A stretch of 64,000 bases of DNA from a candidate division WWE3 bacterium RIFCSPHIGHO2_01_FULL_40_23 (GTDB lineage Bacteria > Patescibacteriota > WWE3 > UBA101185 > 2-01-FULL-41-18), in contig MEUZ01000003.1 in assembly GCA_001772615.1 (NCBI GenBank), positions 109,698-173,697 on the forward strand, written 5' to 3'. Numbering within the stretch: the first letter of the stretch is position 1; every line of letters begins with the position of its first letter. The notes below the pieces were generated by a model, which was given only the letters and a program-made list of their open reading frames with translations, was not told where the DNA came from and ran no database searches. Made by a program: the position numbers and the translations under genes. Below, piece after piece: positions 39,925 through 50,366 of this stretch.

Positions 39925-40200
39925 ATGAGTCAGGAAATCGTGTTTGTTGACGTAGTCAGGCTGGAGGGCCACAGAACACCGGTTGCGGTACTCTCCAAAG
40001 TTGGTGCGAGTGGGGTACAACTCTACCTTAAAAATGGCTCAACATTCGGTCTTACTCTCACACCAAACATCAATGAAGCCCTTCCTATGGACGTGAGTCC
40101 TCGATCGCGTGATGTGATCACTACTCTGGCCAGGGAACGTTTCGGTGTAGAGGAAGATATGGTCAGATTCAACAATTGGCCTGAATTCCCCGCCGATTAA
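39925..40200 (+). CDS. Small hypothetical protein of 91 aa in a GC-richer segment.
   Basis: A strong SD sequence (aaaaaGGAGacagatATG) precedes the start. A hairpin terminator lies immediately downstream. The gene is isolated on the plus strand among minus-strand genes. Confidence 0.5.
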   Translation: MSQEIVFVDVVRLEGHRTPVAVLSKVGASGVQLYLKNGSTFGLTLTPNINEALPMDVSPRSRDVITTLARERFGVEEDMVRFNNWPEFPAD

Positions 40201-40218
40201 CAAAAAGCGTCTCTCAAA

Positions 40219-40255
40219 CAGCCTGTTACCCAAAGTGACAGGCTGATTTTCTTCT
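40219..40255. terminator. Rho-independent terminator hairpin between convergent genes.
   Basis: CAGCCUGU, an 11-nt loop, then ACAGGCUG, followed by AUUUUCUUCUC. A T-rich tract is also present on the opposite strand. Confidence 0.5.
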
Positions 40256-40275
40256 CGCCTAGAAACAGTGGATCG

Positions 40276-40878
40276 TTAGAGCCCAAGCTTCACGGCATCT
40301 TCCTGCATTGCCGAAAGCGTAACCTCCATAAACTTATCCAAAGAAATTCCAAGCTTCTCGCTGCACTGCTCTATCTGCTCCCTTGAAACGGTTCTTGCAA
40401 ACTCCTTTTGCTTCCATTTCTTCTTAACGGAATCCACATCAACCGAAACAAGTTTCTTATCCGGCTTGACCAATGCACACGCGACAATGAACCCCGTTAG
40501 CTCATCAACACATTCCAAAGACCACTCAAGAAGGGTTTCGGGCTCTCTTAAATGAGTCACTTTAGTATTATGGGATTTAAAAGCTTCTACAATATGGGAA
40601 TGGACATCATAAACTTTAAGCCAGTCAAGAAGCATGATCGTATGCTTTTCCCAGTTATCCTTAGTTATTTCATAATCCGCATCATGCAAAAGTCCCACAA
40701 CTCCCCAGTCCTCCTCCGACAGATTATTAACGGAGCTTTCATTTCTTCCCTCTTTTTTAAAATATCTATACAATGCCCTCATTGCCACCGAAACTGCATA
40801 GCAATGCCTTCTTAAATTTACATTAAGCATATTTTTGTGAAGAATTTCCGTGGCAATATTATGAGTCAGCTTTTCCAT
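40276..40878 (-). CDS. HD-domain phosphohydrolase.
   Basis: The HD motif lies in VGLLHDADYEI, and an upstream His is present. Confidence 0.6.
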   Translation of the reverse strand: MEKLTHNIATEILHKNMLNVNLRRHCYAVSVAMRALYRYFKKEGRNESSVNNLSEEDWGVVGLLHDADYEITKDNWEKHTIMLLDWLKVYDVHSHIVEAFKSHNTKVTHLREPETLLEWSLECVDELTGFIVACALVKPDKKLVSVDVDSVKKKWKQKEFARTVSREQIEQCSEKLGISLDKFMEVTLSAMQEDAVKLGL

Positions 40879-40881
40879 AGC

Positions 40882-42348
40882 TTAATCAAGAGGACCTACA
40901 ATCTCAATGTTTTCTTCAGGTTTAAGAAGCGGAAACATAACGCATTCTCTTATAGACTTCCCGGCAAGGAACGAAAAAAGCCTTTCGGAAACGCCAAACC
41001 CCGTAACGGGAGGCATCCCATATTCAAGAGACCTTACAAAATCATAATCAAACATCTGGGCCTCCGTATCGCCTTTTTCTCTCATTTCCTGCTGGTCTTT
41101 AAATCTTTCCGCCTGATCAATTGGATTATTAAGCTCCGAATACCCATTCCCAACTTCTGATCCACCGATAATAACCTGATACCTCTCAACAAAGTCAGGA
41201 TCATCTGCTTTTCTTTTGGCAAGAGGCGAAACTTCCACAGGATGATCAGTAAGAAAGAGCGGACCTGAAATATTTTTCCTGACCGCCTTCCAAAGATGGT
41301 CTAAAAGCCTACCTTTGGTATCAGATTCCATAAATCTGATCTTCATTTTCTTAAGCTTTTCTTTTAGGTCCTCCGAGGAAGCTTTTTTAATATCAATCCC
41401 CAGCTCCTTTTTCAAAGCATCAGTAAAAGTTAACCTACCCCACTTTTGATTCAAATTTATCTTCTTCCCAAATATTTCAAATTCATAAGTTCCAAAAGTT
41501 TCAAAAGCAACTTTTTTGTACATCTCCTCAACAAGCTTCATGGAATCCTCATAATTTGCAAAAGCCCAGTAAAATTCCACCTGCGTGTAATCCTGGAGGT
41601 GCTCTTTACTAATTCCTTCGTTTCTAAACTGCCTTCCAATCTCAAATGTTTTTTCAAAACCTCCCGTCATTAACCTTTTCTGCCACAACTCTCCCATTGA
41701 AATTCTTAAATACACATCAATATCCAAAGCATTATGATGGGTAACAAAGGGATTAGCGTCGGCTCCTCCCGCGGTATTTTCTAAAACGGGCGTTTCAACC
41801 TCCAAAAAACCTTTAGAGAGTAGGAAACTTCTGATGGAATTCCAAAACTTTGATTTTTGTCTGAAAAGATCTCTTAACTTAGTATTTAAATTAAAATCAA
41901 CATATCTTTGTCTGTATCTTTCCTCAACATCTTTAAGCCCAAACCATTCGGAAGGCATAGGCCTAAAAGACTTGGACAACAGCTTATAATCCCCAACCTC
42001 AACCGTGATTTCTCCAGCTTTAGTAGTAAAGAGCTTGCCTTTGGCAAACAAAAAATCCCCTGCGTCTAAAAGATCAAGAAACTCATAGCTTTTACCACCT
42101 AATGCATCCTCCTTAAAAAGAAGCTGTATTTTGGAGGATTCATCATAAACATCCGAAAAAGTGATCTTTCCATGCTTTCTGAAACCGTGGAGCCTTCCGC
42201 ATACTTCAACTATCTCCCCCATCGGCTTTAAAAGAATTTCGGCAATAAAAGTCTTATCAATGGAAAATGAAAGATATGGATTAACCCCAAGTTCCAGTAT
42301 CTTTTTGAATTTTTCAATACGAGTGGAAATAATGTCCCTAGAACTCAT
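40882..42348 (-). CDS. lysS: Lysyl-tRNA synthetase, class II.
   Basis: The N-terminal OB anticodon-binding domain is followed by class II motifs (FRNEGIS..., GGSEVGNGYSELNNP, EYGMPPVTGFGVSERL). Confidence 0.9.
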   Translation of the reverse strand: MSSRDIISTRIEKFKKILELGVNPYLSFSIDKTFIAEILLKPMGEIVEVCGRLHGFRKHGKITFSDVYDESSKIQLLFKEDALGGKSYEFLDLLDAGDFLFAKGKLFTTKAGEITVEVGDYKLLSKSFRPMPSEWFGLKDVEERYRQRYVDFNLNTKLRDLFRQKSKFWNSIRSFLLSKGFLEVETPVLENTAGGADANPFVTHHNALDIDVYLRISMGELWQKRLMTGGFEKTFEIGRQFRNEGISKEHLQDYTQVEFYWAFANYEDSMKLVEEMYKKVAFETFGTYEFEIFGKKINLNQKWGRLTFTDALKKELGIDIKKASSEDLKEKLKKMKIRFMESDTKGRLLDHLWKAVRKNISGPLFLTDHPVEVSPLAKRKADDPDFVERYQVIIGGSEVGNGYSELNNPIDQAERFKDQQEMREKGDTEAQMFDYDFVRSLEYGMPPVTGFGVSERLFSFLAGKSIRECVMFPLLKPEENIEIVGPLD

Positions 42349-43702
42349 ACTTTAAGAGTTTATCAGAAAAGTAGCCGTACATATATTCGGATGAGTATTT
42401 GTCAAAAAAACTTTGGACTTCCGCTTCCGATGCCTCGGCATAAAAATGCATGACAACATTTGCAAGCTGATCAGCGCATGAGTACATCTTGCTCGCATTT
42501 GGAAGGATTCTATCCCCATCAAGCTTAATTGCTCCGTTTTCAAGGCAGTAGTTATAAAAAACGCGGTAGCCCACAAGATAATTCTCTACCTGCGGCGCGG
42601 TTTTACGTATGAAGTAATCCGAAAAAGTTCTCATCAACATCACATATAAAATAGCCTCAAGATCTTTCTGGGACAAAACGCCTTTTATTACCTGAAATCC
42701 GCAGGCTTTAATGCCAACAATGGACGAATGAAGCTCCATAACAGGGTTAGACATACTCTTTAAGCGCTTCCAAGCTCCTTCATACTGAAAAATCGCTTCC
42801 GTAATCTCATGAGCAAGAACGAGTCTTACAGCGTTAGCCATTATAAAATCGTCACTGAAACTTTTCTGAACACCTAATTCAATAAAGTCCCTGAATAGCG
42901 GAAGGAGCATTTGACCGTCTCTTCTTTCAATGTTATTTGTGTAAACGACAATTTTAATACCACACTTTTTAATCGTATTAATATCTTCGGGATAATTTAC
43001 GGCTCTTGCGGGAAGTGAAGCATTCCTTCCCCCAATACAAATAACATTATCAACTCGTACCTTTATCATATCCGCTGAAACATTCTGCCTTGCCTTTGAT
43101 CCAAAAGGAGGAAGCATGTTTCTTATTACATCCACATAATTTAAAGGATTATATGAACCGTTCGTGCCCGTATATGTAAAATTAAAATTATAAGCTTTCT
43201 TTAAACTAAAAAGTCTGTCCGCATATGACCCAAGAGGCCCTGCCATAAGATGTAAAAAGCTTTTATTATCAACTGCTATCCATGCTTTTTCAAGAGTTGA
43301 GTAATCCCCATGACAAAACTCTTTAGAAGCTATTTCTAGATATTTTTTGAAACTTTTTTCAGAGGCAAGTTTTGAAGCCTTTAAAAATAGATCAGATATT
43401 TCTTTTAGAACATCTCTATATTCCTCATGATAATAAACAGCACAAAGCTTCCCACTTGAGTCTCTTTTAACAACCGTGTAAGGGTCTAAAATCTTAGGTT
43501 CTTTTTTAGATGCTTCTTCAATTTCTTTACGCGTTGCATCTGTAGGATAAAAACCCCCACCCTTAAAATCCCCATCCGCCTGCTTTGCAAATATTTCACC
43601 AACTTTTTTTCCAGCTTCTTTTAATATTTCTACAATTTTTAAATCTGTCTTTGAAAATCTCTTTTTCTCAATAGGATATTCAAGGTAATACTTCTCATTC
43701 AT
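42338..43702 (-). CDS. Hypothetical protein of 454 aa, possibly a metallohydrolase-like enzyme.
   Basis: This is a long conserved-looking ORF that contains LAHEITEAIFQYEG. No firm family assignment can be made from the sequence alone. Confidence 0.45.
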   Translation of the reverse strand: MNEKYYLEYPIEKKRFSKTDLKIVEILKEAGKKVGEIFAKQADGDFKGGGFYPTDATRKEIEEASKKEPKILDPYTVVKRDSSGKLCAVYYHEEYRDVLKEISDLFLKASKLASEKSFKKYLEIASKEFCHGDYSTLEKAWIAVDNKSFLHLMAGPLGSYADRLFSLKKAYNFNFTYTGTNGSYNPLNYVDVIRNMLPPFGSKARQNVSADMIKVRVDNVICIGGRNASLPARAVNYPEDINTIKKCGIKIVVYTNNIERRDGQMLLPLFRDFIELGVQKSFSDDFIMANAVRLVLAHEITEAIFQYEGAWKRLKSMSNPVMELHSSIVGIKACGFQVIKGVLSQKDLEAILYVMLMRTFSDYFIRKTAPQVENYLVGYRVFYNYCLENGAIKLDGDRILPNASKMYSCADQLANVVMHFYAEASEAEVQSFFDKYSSEYMYGYFSDKLLKYEF

Positions 43703-44168
43703 AAAACACTTCCAAAATCTTATATTTAAGTTTAACTACTGGAGTTGTGACTTCTATGACGTCTCCAACTTTTGACCCCAAAAGAGCCTGTCCGACTGGA
43801 GACTCGTTGGAAATTAAATTTTTTATAGGATTTGCCTCTACACTTCCGACAATTTTAAACTTGTCAACCTCTCCGTCACATTCAACTTTAACCATTGCCC
43901 CGATAGAAATAAAGTCAGCGGCTATCTTTGCTTTTTTCTCATCTATTATCTTGTAATCTGAAAGTATACTTTCAAGCTCCGAAATCCTTCTTTCAAGAAG
44001 GGTTTGCTTTTCAAGCTCTAGATCATATTGAATATTATCTTCATAACCGCCAGATTCAATGGCGGCTTTAATTCTTTCGGCGGCTTTTTGCCTTCCGTTT
44101 GCTATGAGGTCGCTATATTCCTCCTGTAATTTGCTTAATCCCTGCTTTGTAAGATATGTGTTTCCCAT
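43695..44168 (-). CDS. GreA/GreB-family paralog of 157 aa. Its coiled-coil tip is divergent: the acidic residue corresponding to D41 is replaced by Gly.
   Basis: GGYEDNIQYDLELEKQ aligns to GDISENAEYESARERQ of the neighbouring canonical GreA. The C-terminal FKBP-like domain is conserved (VGQALLGSKVGDVIEV). Confidence 0.7.
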   Translation of the reverse strand: MGNTYLTKQGLSKLQEEYSDLIANGRQKAAERIKAAIESGGYEDNIQYDLELEKQTLLERRISELESILSDYKIIDEKKAKIAADFISIGAMVKVECDGEVDKFKIVGSVEANPIKNLISNESPVGQALLGSKVGDVIEVTTPVVKLKYKILEVFYE

Positions 44169-44211
44169 AACACCCTTCTTCGGGCACTTAATTTAAGTCA
44201 ATCTGGCAGGT

Positions 44212-44676
44212 TTACTTGATGCTAAGGATTGTATACGTAAGCTTTCCAACGGGAGCTTCCACTTCAACTTTATCTCCAATTCTTTTTCCCATTAAAGCTA
44301 GTCCAAGGGGAGACTCATGTGAAATTTTCCTCTCCATTGGGTTTGCCTCAACTGCCCCGACTATATAAAACTCTTCTTCCCCGCCTTCTACATGAACTTT
44401 AACAACACACCCGACATCCACAACATCACTGTTTTTATTTTCTTTTATGGTTTCAACGTTTTTTAATATCTCCTCAAGCTCTGTAATTCTACCTTCAATA
44501 AACGCTTGTCTTTCACGCGCGGATTCATACTCGGCATTTTCGGAAATATCGCCCATTTCTCTTGCGGACTTTATTCTTTCCGCGATCTTTGAGCGCTCTA
44601 CATCCACCAGATTCTTATATTCTTTTTTAATTTCTTCAAAACCTTCTTTTGTAAGGTATACTTTACTCTTTTTCAT
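44212..44676 (-). CDS. greA: Transcription elongation factor GreA.
   Basis: The canonical tip is MGDISENAEYESARERQ, and the C-terminal domain reads PLGLALMGKRIGDKVEVEAP. Confidence 0.85.
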   Translation of the reverse strand: MKKSKVYLTKEGFEEIKKEYKNLVDVERSKIAERIKSAREMGDISENAEYESARERQAFIEGRITELEEILKNVETIKENKNSDVVDVGCVVKVHVEGGEEEFYIVGAVEANPMERKISHESPLGLALMGKRIGDKVEVEAPVGKLTYTILSIK

Positions 44677-44863
44677 AAAAATAAAAAAATCCCCTCAAAC
44701 AAACCGAAGCTTAAAGATTAAGAGGGGGAACTTTTTTTCTTAAATCCTTTGTAACGTGAATGATCGTATCACGCAAAAACCTTAATGTCAAGCTAAGGAA
44801 ACGTTGATTTGACAACAAAAATGGCTCTTTCAATCAATAGTGTGTGTCTGATAAAATTAAAGA

Positions 44864-46051
44864 GTGAAAAGACTGCTCATTCCACTTCTTCTCCTTTTAA
44901 CCTTTCTATTATTAGGATACATTTTAGTCAGATCAAAGAACCAAAAAATCTTAACGTTAACCAAAAACTTCAAGGAATCCGAAAAAACGGTTGCCTTACT
45001 TAAGGATGATATTAAAGTAAAAGAAGCTACAATCTCTTCCCTTAGCAAAGAACTTGAAGGAATTAGAGGTACAGTTATTTATAAAGAGTTAAAGCTCATA
45101 AAAGATACCCTTATAAACTTTAAAAAGCTTAAGGACAAAGTAAATTCTTATCAAAAACTGGGTGTGAAAACGGAAAGCGTGGCGGACAAGTTTCCTATTC
45201 TGACGGATTTGCTTTTAGAATTAAAGTTTGAGGAGGCAAGTAGTTCCATTAAAGCCTATGACGATAACCTTGAAAAACTGTATGAACAAAAAAAGGAAGA
45301 AGAAAGAAAGGCTTTAGAAGAACTTCAGAGAAGGTACACTCAAGTTTTGGATCAGGGCGGCTACATTAGATACAGTGTTAGAACAGACGTCGGGGTCTTT
45401 CTAGCAGACATCCTTGTTGCTGACCTTAACAAAGTAAGGGTCATAACCGATACTGCAAACGATTCGGATTGCAAAAGAGACTGCGCGTTATTAACACTTG
45501 CTTCCTTTGTTTCAAGAAACGGTGGTTTTGCAGGTATTAACGGATCCTACTACTGCCCTCCTGAATACCCTCAATGCAGTGATAAAAAAAACTCCTTTGA
45601 TTTTCCCGTGTATAACTCAAGACTTGGCAAATGGATTAATAAAAAGAACCTATTTTGGGACAACAGAGCATTAATAACATTTAGGGGAAATAGCGGAAGT
45701 TTTTACAAATTTGAAAAAAGCTACAGCACTGGTACATCCGTTGATGCCGGTTTAGCGATGGTCCCCGGCCTTCTTCAAAATGGAAGTGTAATAGTTGGCT
45801 CATATAAACTTGAGGCAAAAGAACAGATAAGGTCAACCCGAAGCTCAATAGGGTTTAGCGGTTCAAAAGTGTATGCAATAACGGCAAGAGGCGTGAACAC
45901 CTACGAGCTTGCTTATGTACAAAAGGCTGTGGGCGCCAAGAATGCTCTCGCTCTTGACGGAGGCGGCTCCATTAATTTTTATTATAACGGGGTATATTAC
46001 GCAGGACCCGGAAGAGCCCAAGCCAATTCAATAATTTTTAAATATAGGTAA
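44864..46051 (+). CDS. Membrane-anchored protein with a coiled coil and a C-terminal phosphodiester-glycosidase (NAGPA-like) domain.
   Basis: The protein has an N-terminal TM segment. The sequence KNALALDGGGSINFYYNGVYYAGPG is typical of the phosphodiester glycosidase family. Confidence 0.65.
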   Translation: MKRLLIPLLLLLTFLLLGYILVRSKNQKILTLTKNFKESEKTVALLKDDIKVKEATISSLSKELEGIRGTVIYKELKLIKDTLINFKKLKDKVNSYQKLGVKTESVADKFPILTDLLLELKFEEASSSIKAYDDNLEKLYEQKKEEERKALEELQRRYTQVLDQGGYIRYSVRTDVGVFLADILVADLNKVRVITDTANDSDCKRDCALLTLASFVSRNGGFAGINGSYYCPPEYPQCSDKKNSFDFPVYNSRLGKWINKKNLFWDNRALITFRGNSGSFYKFEKSYSTGTSVDAGLAMVPGLLQNGSVIVGSYKLEAKEQIRSTRSSIGFSGSKVYAITARGVNTYELAYVQKAVGAKNALALDGGGSINFYYNGVYYAGPGRAQANSIIFKYR

Positions 46052-46052
46052 A

Positions 46053-46859
46053 TTAACTTTTCTTTCTTGCCATACCTACTATGTGTGCTTTTATAAATTC
46101 GGGCTTTAACCCGTTTAAAAGCCTATCAAAAAAGTTTGAAAGGAAAAAAGAAGGTTTATTGAAAGAGGTATAGCCCGGATCATAGTTTAATTTTAATTCA
46201 ATATCTGAAAATGAAGTTTTGTATAAAAGCTCTTTTAAAACTTTGATCTCATTAGCTTTATAAAAAGTTGTGAAAACATCACTTTCGCCTCTGTCATAAA
46301 GGAATTTATTTACAAAAAAGTTTAGTTTTTGGTTTTTTAAAACTTCTTTAAGCCTCAACAAAAAGTAATCCTTATTGGGAGTAGCCAGAATTAAATACCC
46401 TCCTTTTTTAAGCACCCTTGAAACCTCCAAAAAAACCTTTTCCGGTCTTTCTAAATGCTCTATCACCCACATAGATATAACGACGTCAAAAATCCCGTTT
46501 TCATATGGAATTTTTTCAAGATTTCCATACTTTATCTCATCAAGACATATATTCTTACCTGTAAATTCAGGGTTTATATCAACACCAAAAGCGCGGGAAA
46601 TTTTATCTCTGTACTCATCTATTACGTAATTCCCGTTTCCGCATCCTGCATCCAAAACCTTAAGAGGGTGGGATAAATCAGAGACTGCCCTATCAAAAAG
46701 ACTGCATAAAACAATATGTGTATTATCCCAAGAAGGATTTAACTTTTTATATTCTCTATTAAAAAATATCTGTCTTTTTTCTTTCGGAGAGAGAACCGAA
46801 TAAATCTTAATATACCCCTCCTCAAGGACTTTTGATTTAGCCGTCTTTACTTTTCGCAC
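46053..46859 (-). CDS. Class I SAM-dependent methyltransferase.
   Basis: Motif I is VLDAGCGNGNYV, and the sequence contains VVISMWVIEHL. Confidence 0.7.
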   Translation of the reverse strand: MRKVKTAKSKVLEEGYIKIYSVLSPKEKRQIFFNREYKKLNPSWDNTHIVLCSLFDRAVSDLSHPLKVLDAGCGNGNYVIDEYRDKISRAFGVDINPEFTGKNICLDEIKYGNLEKIPYENGIFDVVISMWVIEHLERPEKVFLEVSRVLKKGGYLILATPNKDYFLLRLKEVLKNQKLNFFVNKFLYDRGESDVFTTFYKANEIKVLKELLYKTSFSDIELKLNYDPGYTSFNKPSFFLSNFFDRLLNGLKPEFIKAHIVGMARKKS

Positions 46860-46888
46860 GAGAGAAGTATATCAGTTAGAATCAATAT

Positions 46889-47740
46889 ATGGACCTTTCT
46901 TTAAATATAACCGGGGGATTCCCCGATTACTCCCTTATTGATAGCGGCGGGGGCTACAGGCTTGAGAGATTTAAGGATATTGTGGTAGCTAAACCTGACC
47001 CTCAAGCCATTTGGAAAAGAAGAACTAAACTCTGGGATAAAGCAGATCTAATATTTAACAAAGAAACAAATGCTTGGGAAAAAAGATCCGAAGTTCCAGA
47101 CTCTTGGAATTTAAAATGGGGAAATTTAAAATTTAAAGTCAAACCCACTCCTTTTAAGCACCTGGGTATTTTTCCCGAACAAAGCGATCACTGGGACTTT
47201 ATTAAAAGAAAAATAGAACATGAAGAAAGAGAAATAAAGGTGCTGAATCTATTCGGGTACACCGGAGCCGCAAGCGTTGTGTCGGAGGCATTCGGGGGCT
47301 TAGTAACTCACGTGGACGCTTCAAAACCTGCGCTAATATGGGTTAAGGAAAACGAGAAACTAAATAATCTTTCAGGAGAAATAAGAGTAATAAATGATGA
47401 CTGCCTTAAATTTACTGGGAGAGAGATAAAAAGAGGAGCAAAATATGACCTGATACTTGCAGACCCGCCCGCATTTGGACATGGAGCCCAAAATGAAACT
47501 TGGAAATTTAACGAGGGTTTCCCAAAGCTCTTAGCAAATGTCATTAATTTGCTATCAGACGAGCCGATTGGGATCCTAATTAACGCTTATGCTATCTCCT
47601 CCCCGTCAACTATGCTCTTAAATACTTTAAGAGATTATCTTTCGGGTGGAAAAGTAACATATGGAGAGCTTTTGCTCTCCGAAGAGACGGGAAGAAACTT
47701 CTCAACGGGGATTTATGCCCGCTGGGAGCCTAATACCTAA
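46889..47740 (+). CDS. SAM-dependent methyltransferase with a DPPAF motif, of the RlmI/RsmD-like RNA methyltransferase type.
   Basis: The sequence contains [11 protein letters not shown]...[13 protein letters not shown]. Confidence 0.6.
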   Translation: MDLSLNITGGFPDYSLIDSGGGYRLERFKDIVVAKPDPQAIWKRRTKLWDKADLIFNKETNAWEKRSEVPDSWNLKWGNLKFKVKPTPFKHLGIFPEQSDHWDFIKRKIEHEEREIKVLNLFGYTGAASVVSEAFGGLVTHVDASKPALIWVKENEKLNNLSGEIRVINDDCLKFTGREIKRGAKYDLILADPPAFGHGAQNETWKFNEGFPKLLANVINLLSDEPIGILINAYAISSPSTMLLNTLRDYLSGGKVTYGELLLSEETGRNFSTGIYARWEPNT

Positions 47741-49964
47741 ACTTTACCCTTTTTAAAAGAAGCGAATTGGAGACAACCGATACCGAAGATAAAGCCATAG
47801 CCATTGAAGCAAATATCGGATTTAAAAGAAGGCCGAAAAACGGGTACAAAACACCGGCCGCAACCGGTATTAAAGCAACATTATAAAAGAAAGCCCAGAA
47901 AAGATTCATTTTTATCGTTCTCATAGTTTTTCTTGAAAGTTCAATTGCAAGGGCGACAGAAGCCAAATCCTTATTTATTAATGTTATACCCGCAGATTCC
48001 ATGGCAACATCTGTTCCACTGCTCATAGCTATCCCCACATCAGAAGAAGCAAGGGCAGGAGCGTCGTTAATCCCATCCCCTACCATAGCTACGGTTAAGC
48101 CCCCAGACTGGATTTTTTTAATTTCGGCCTCTTTCTGATCAGGAAGAACTTCCGAAAGTACATTTTCTATTCCAAGACTTCTGCCTATGGCCAAAGCCGC
48201 CCTTTGATTATCCCCCGTTATCATATAAATCTTAATCCCAAGCTTTTTAAGTTTTTGGATAGCACCAGAGGCACTTTCTTTAACCCTATCCGAAATAGCA
48301 ACAATCCCGTATAAAGCTTCATCAACCGCTAAAAATACAACAGTTTTCCCTTCATTTTCCAGTTTTTGCACTTTCTCCTCGTACTCTTTAGCATTTATCC
48401 CAAAGTTAGTCATTAGCCTTCTATTTCCAAGAAGAACCTTTTGACCCAAAATCTCGCCTTCAACTCCAAACCCTGATGTCACCTTGAATTTTTCAATCTT
48501 TTGAAAAGCTACATTCTTCTTTTCACCTTCATTAACAATAGCTTCCGCAAGTGAATGCTCCGATCCCTTCTCCAAAGAAGAGGCAAGTGTAAGAACTTTA
48601 TCCTCTGAAATCCCATTTAGACCTATGACATCTGTTACCTCGGGCTTGCCTTTGGTCAAGGTTCCCGTCTTATCAAATACTACTACCCTAATCTTATGAG
48701 CAATTTCAAGGCTTCTGGCATCCTTTATTAAAATCCCGTTTTCGGCTCCCTTAGCAGTTCCAACCATAACGGCCGTTGGTGTAGCAAGCCCCATAGCGCA
48801 GGGGCAGGCAATTATAAGGACGGCAACCGTGTTTAAAAGTGCAAAAATGAAAGAAGGAGCAGGGCCAAAGTCATACCAGATTACAAAGGTTAAAACGGCA
48901 ATAATCATTACAACAGGTACAAAATAAGATGAAACAAGATCCGCAAACCTTTGAATCGGTGCCTTGCTCCCCTGTGCCTCTTCAACCATCTTTATTATCT
49001 GGGATAAAAGTGTGTCCTTTCCTACCCTTGATGCCTTAAACAAGAAGGTTCCGCTCTTATTTAACGTGGCCCCTATAACCGTATGCCCAGCTTTTTTATC
49101 AATAGGAATACTCTCCCCCGTCACCATTGACTCATCAATTGACGATTCACCTTCCAGTAATACCCCATCAACGGGAATTTTCTCGCCCGGCCTAACCCGA
49201 ACAATATCACCTATTAAAACCTCCGATATGGGAACATCAACCTCCCTCCCATCCTTTACAATTCTAGCCGTTTTTGCCTGGAGCCCGATCAACTTCTTAA
49301 TAGCTTCGGACGTCCTTAATTTTGCCTTCGCTTCAAGATACCTTCCTAAAAGAATCAATGCAATAATAATTGTAGAAACATCAAAATAAGGTTCGGGTTT
49401 GATACCAATCCCCTCCACCACTTGAGGAAAAACCGTTACAAAAGCCGAGTAAAAAAAAGCAACCGAGGTTCCAAGAGCTACAAGAGTGTCCATATTAGCT
49501 GTTCTGTGCTTTAATGCGGGGATTGTTGCCAGGTAAAAATCATACCCCACAAAAAACTGAACGATAAACGCAAGAACAAGCTGAATATAAAAATTTCTTA
49601 ATATCAACGGAGATGTCTCAATAAAACCAGGAAAACTCCCCCAAAATATAAGGAGGCCAAGTGATAAACCTACAAAAACTTTATATTTCAGTACTTTTAA
49701 CTCTCTTTCCTTCTCTTTCTTTTGCAGATCTTCTTCCGTAAGCTCCTCTTCAACCATTGCCTTATATCCTACATTTGAAACAACACTGCAAAGCTTTTCA
49801 TAAGAGACTTTATCTGGATCAAACGTCACACTTGCCTTTTCGGTTGTTAAATTAACATTTGCCTCTGACACACCCTCTGTTTCCTTTAGGGACTGCTCAA
49901 TGGTCCTTACACAGGAAGCGCAGTGCATTCCTTTAATTAATAAAGTTTTCTTTATATTTCCCAT
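47730..49964 (-). CDS. copA: Copper-translocating P1B-type ATPase.
   Basis: The N-terminal HMA domain contains GMHCASC. The TM CPC motif, the DKTGTLT phosphorylation site and the GDGINDAP motif are all present. Confidence 0.9.
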   Translation of the reverse strand: MGNIKKTLLIKGMHCASCVRTIEQSLKETEGVSEANVNLTTEKASVTFDPDKVSYEKLCSVVSNVGYKAMVEEELTEEDLQKKEKERELKVLKYKVFVGLSLGLLIFWGSFPGFIETSPLILRNFYIQLVLAFIVQFFVGYDFYLATIPALKHRTANMDTLVALGTSVAFFYSAFVTVFPQVVEGIGIKPEPYFDVSTIIIALILLGRYLEAKAKLRTSEAIKKLIGLQAKTARIVKDGREVDVPISEVLIGDIVRVRPGEKIPVDGVLLEGESSIDESMVTGESIPIDKKAGHTVIGATLNKSGTFLFKASRVGKDTLLSQIIKMVEEAQGSKAPIQRFADLVSSYFVPVVMIIAVLTFVIWYDFGPAPSFIFALLNTVAVLIIACPCAMGLATPTAVMVGTAKGAENGILIKDARSLEIAHKIRVVVFDKTGTLTKGKPEVTDVIGLNGISEDKVLTLASSLEKGSEHSLAEAIVNEGEKKNVAFQKIEKFKVTSGFGVEGEILGQKVLLGNRRLMTNFGINAKEYEEKVQKLENEGKTVVFLAVDEALYGIVAISDRVKESASGAIQKLKKLGIKIYMITGDNQRAALAIGRSLGIENVLSEVLPDQKEAEIKKIQSGGLTVAMVGDGINDAPALASSDVGIAMSSGTDVAMESAGITLINKDLASVALAIELSRKTMRTIKMNLFWAFFYNVALIPVAAGVLYPFFGLLLNPIFASMAMALSSVSVVSNSLLLKRVKFRY

Positions 49965-50000
49965 AACTGCCCCCGATTACTATTTAGACGATTTTGGGAT

Positions 50001-50360
50001 TTAGCTTGCAACCACTTTTCCATGAAACATATTCATTCCACAGGAAAAAGGGTACTCCCCCGCTTTTTGAGGATTAACCTTAATCTCAACTTTTTTGTCT
50101 AAAGGAAGAAATTTCCTTATCCCAAAATCCGAAAGAACCACCTCCTCAAGACAGGAGTTTGAATCCTTTCTTATAAAGTTTAGTGTTGTTTCTTTTCCGA
50201 CTGGAACTTGAATTATTTCAGGGTTATACCCACCTTCAACCGTTATATCAATACTTGACACCGCCTTAACCTCCTTTCCCTTTCTCATCAGGAAAAAATA
50301 ATAAATAAATATTGAAAGCCCAAGCCCTGAAATAGTAACTAAAATTTTGTCTATAGACAT
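50001..50360 (-). CDS. Membrane-anchored cupredoxin-like copper-binding protein.
   Basis: The protein has an N-terminal TM segment. The C-terminal sequence EYPFSCGMNMFHGKVV shows a Cys/His/Met type-1 copper pattern. Confidence 0.55.
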   Translation of the reverse strand: MSIDKILVTISGLGLSIFIYYFFLMRKGKEVKAVSSIDITVEGGYNPEIIQVPVGKETTLNFIRKDSNSCLEEVVLSDFGIRKFLPLDKKVEIKVNPQKAGEYPFSCGMNMFHGKVVAS

Positions 50361-50366
50361 AAAAGC

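Noticed and set aside
42338-43702. Dipeptidyl-peptidase III (M49) assignment.
   Set aside because: The only motif present is HEITE, which is not HExxGH, and no second EExxAE motif was found. The protein is left as hypothetical.
44685-44750. Terminator upstream of greA (CCCCTC...GAGGGGG flanked by A/T runs).
   Set aside because: The loop would be about 27 nt, so this is not a convincing intrinsic terminator.
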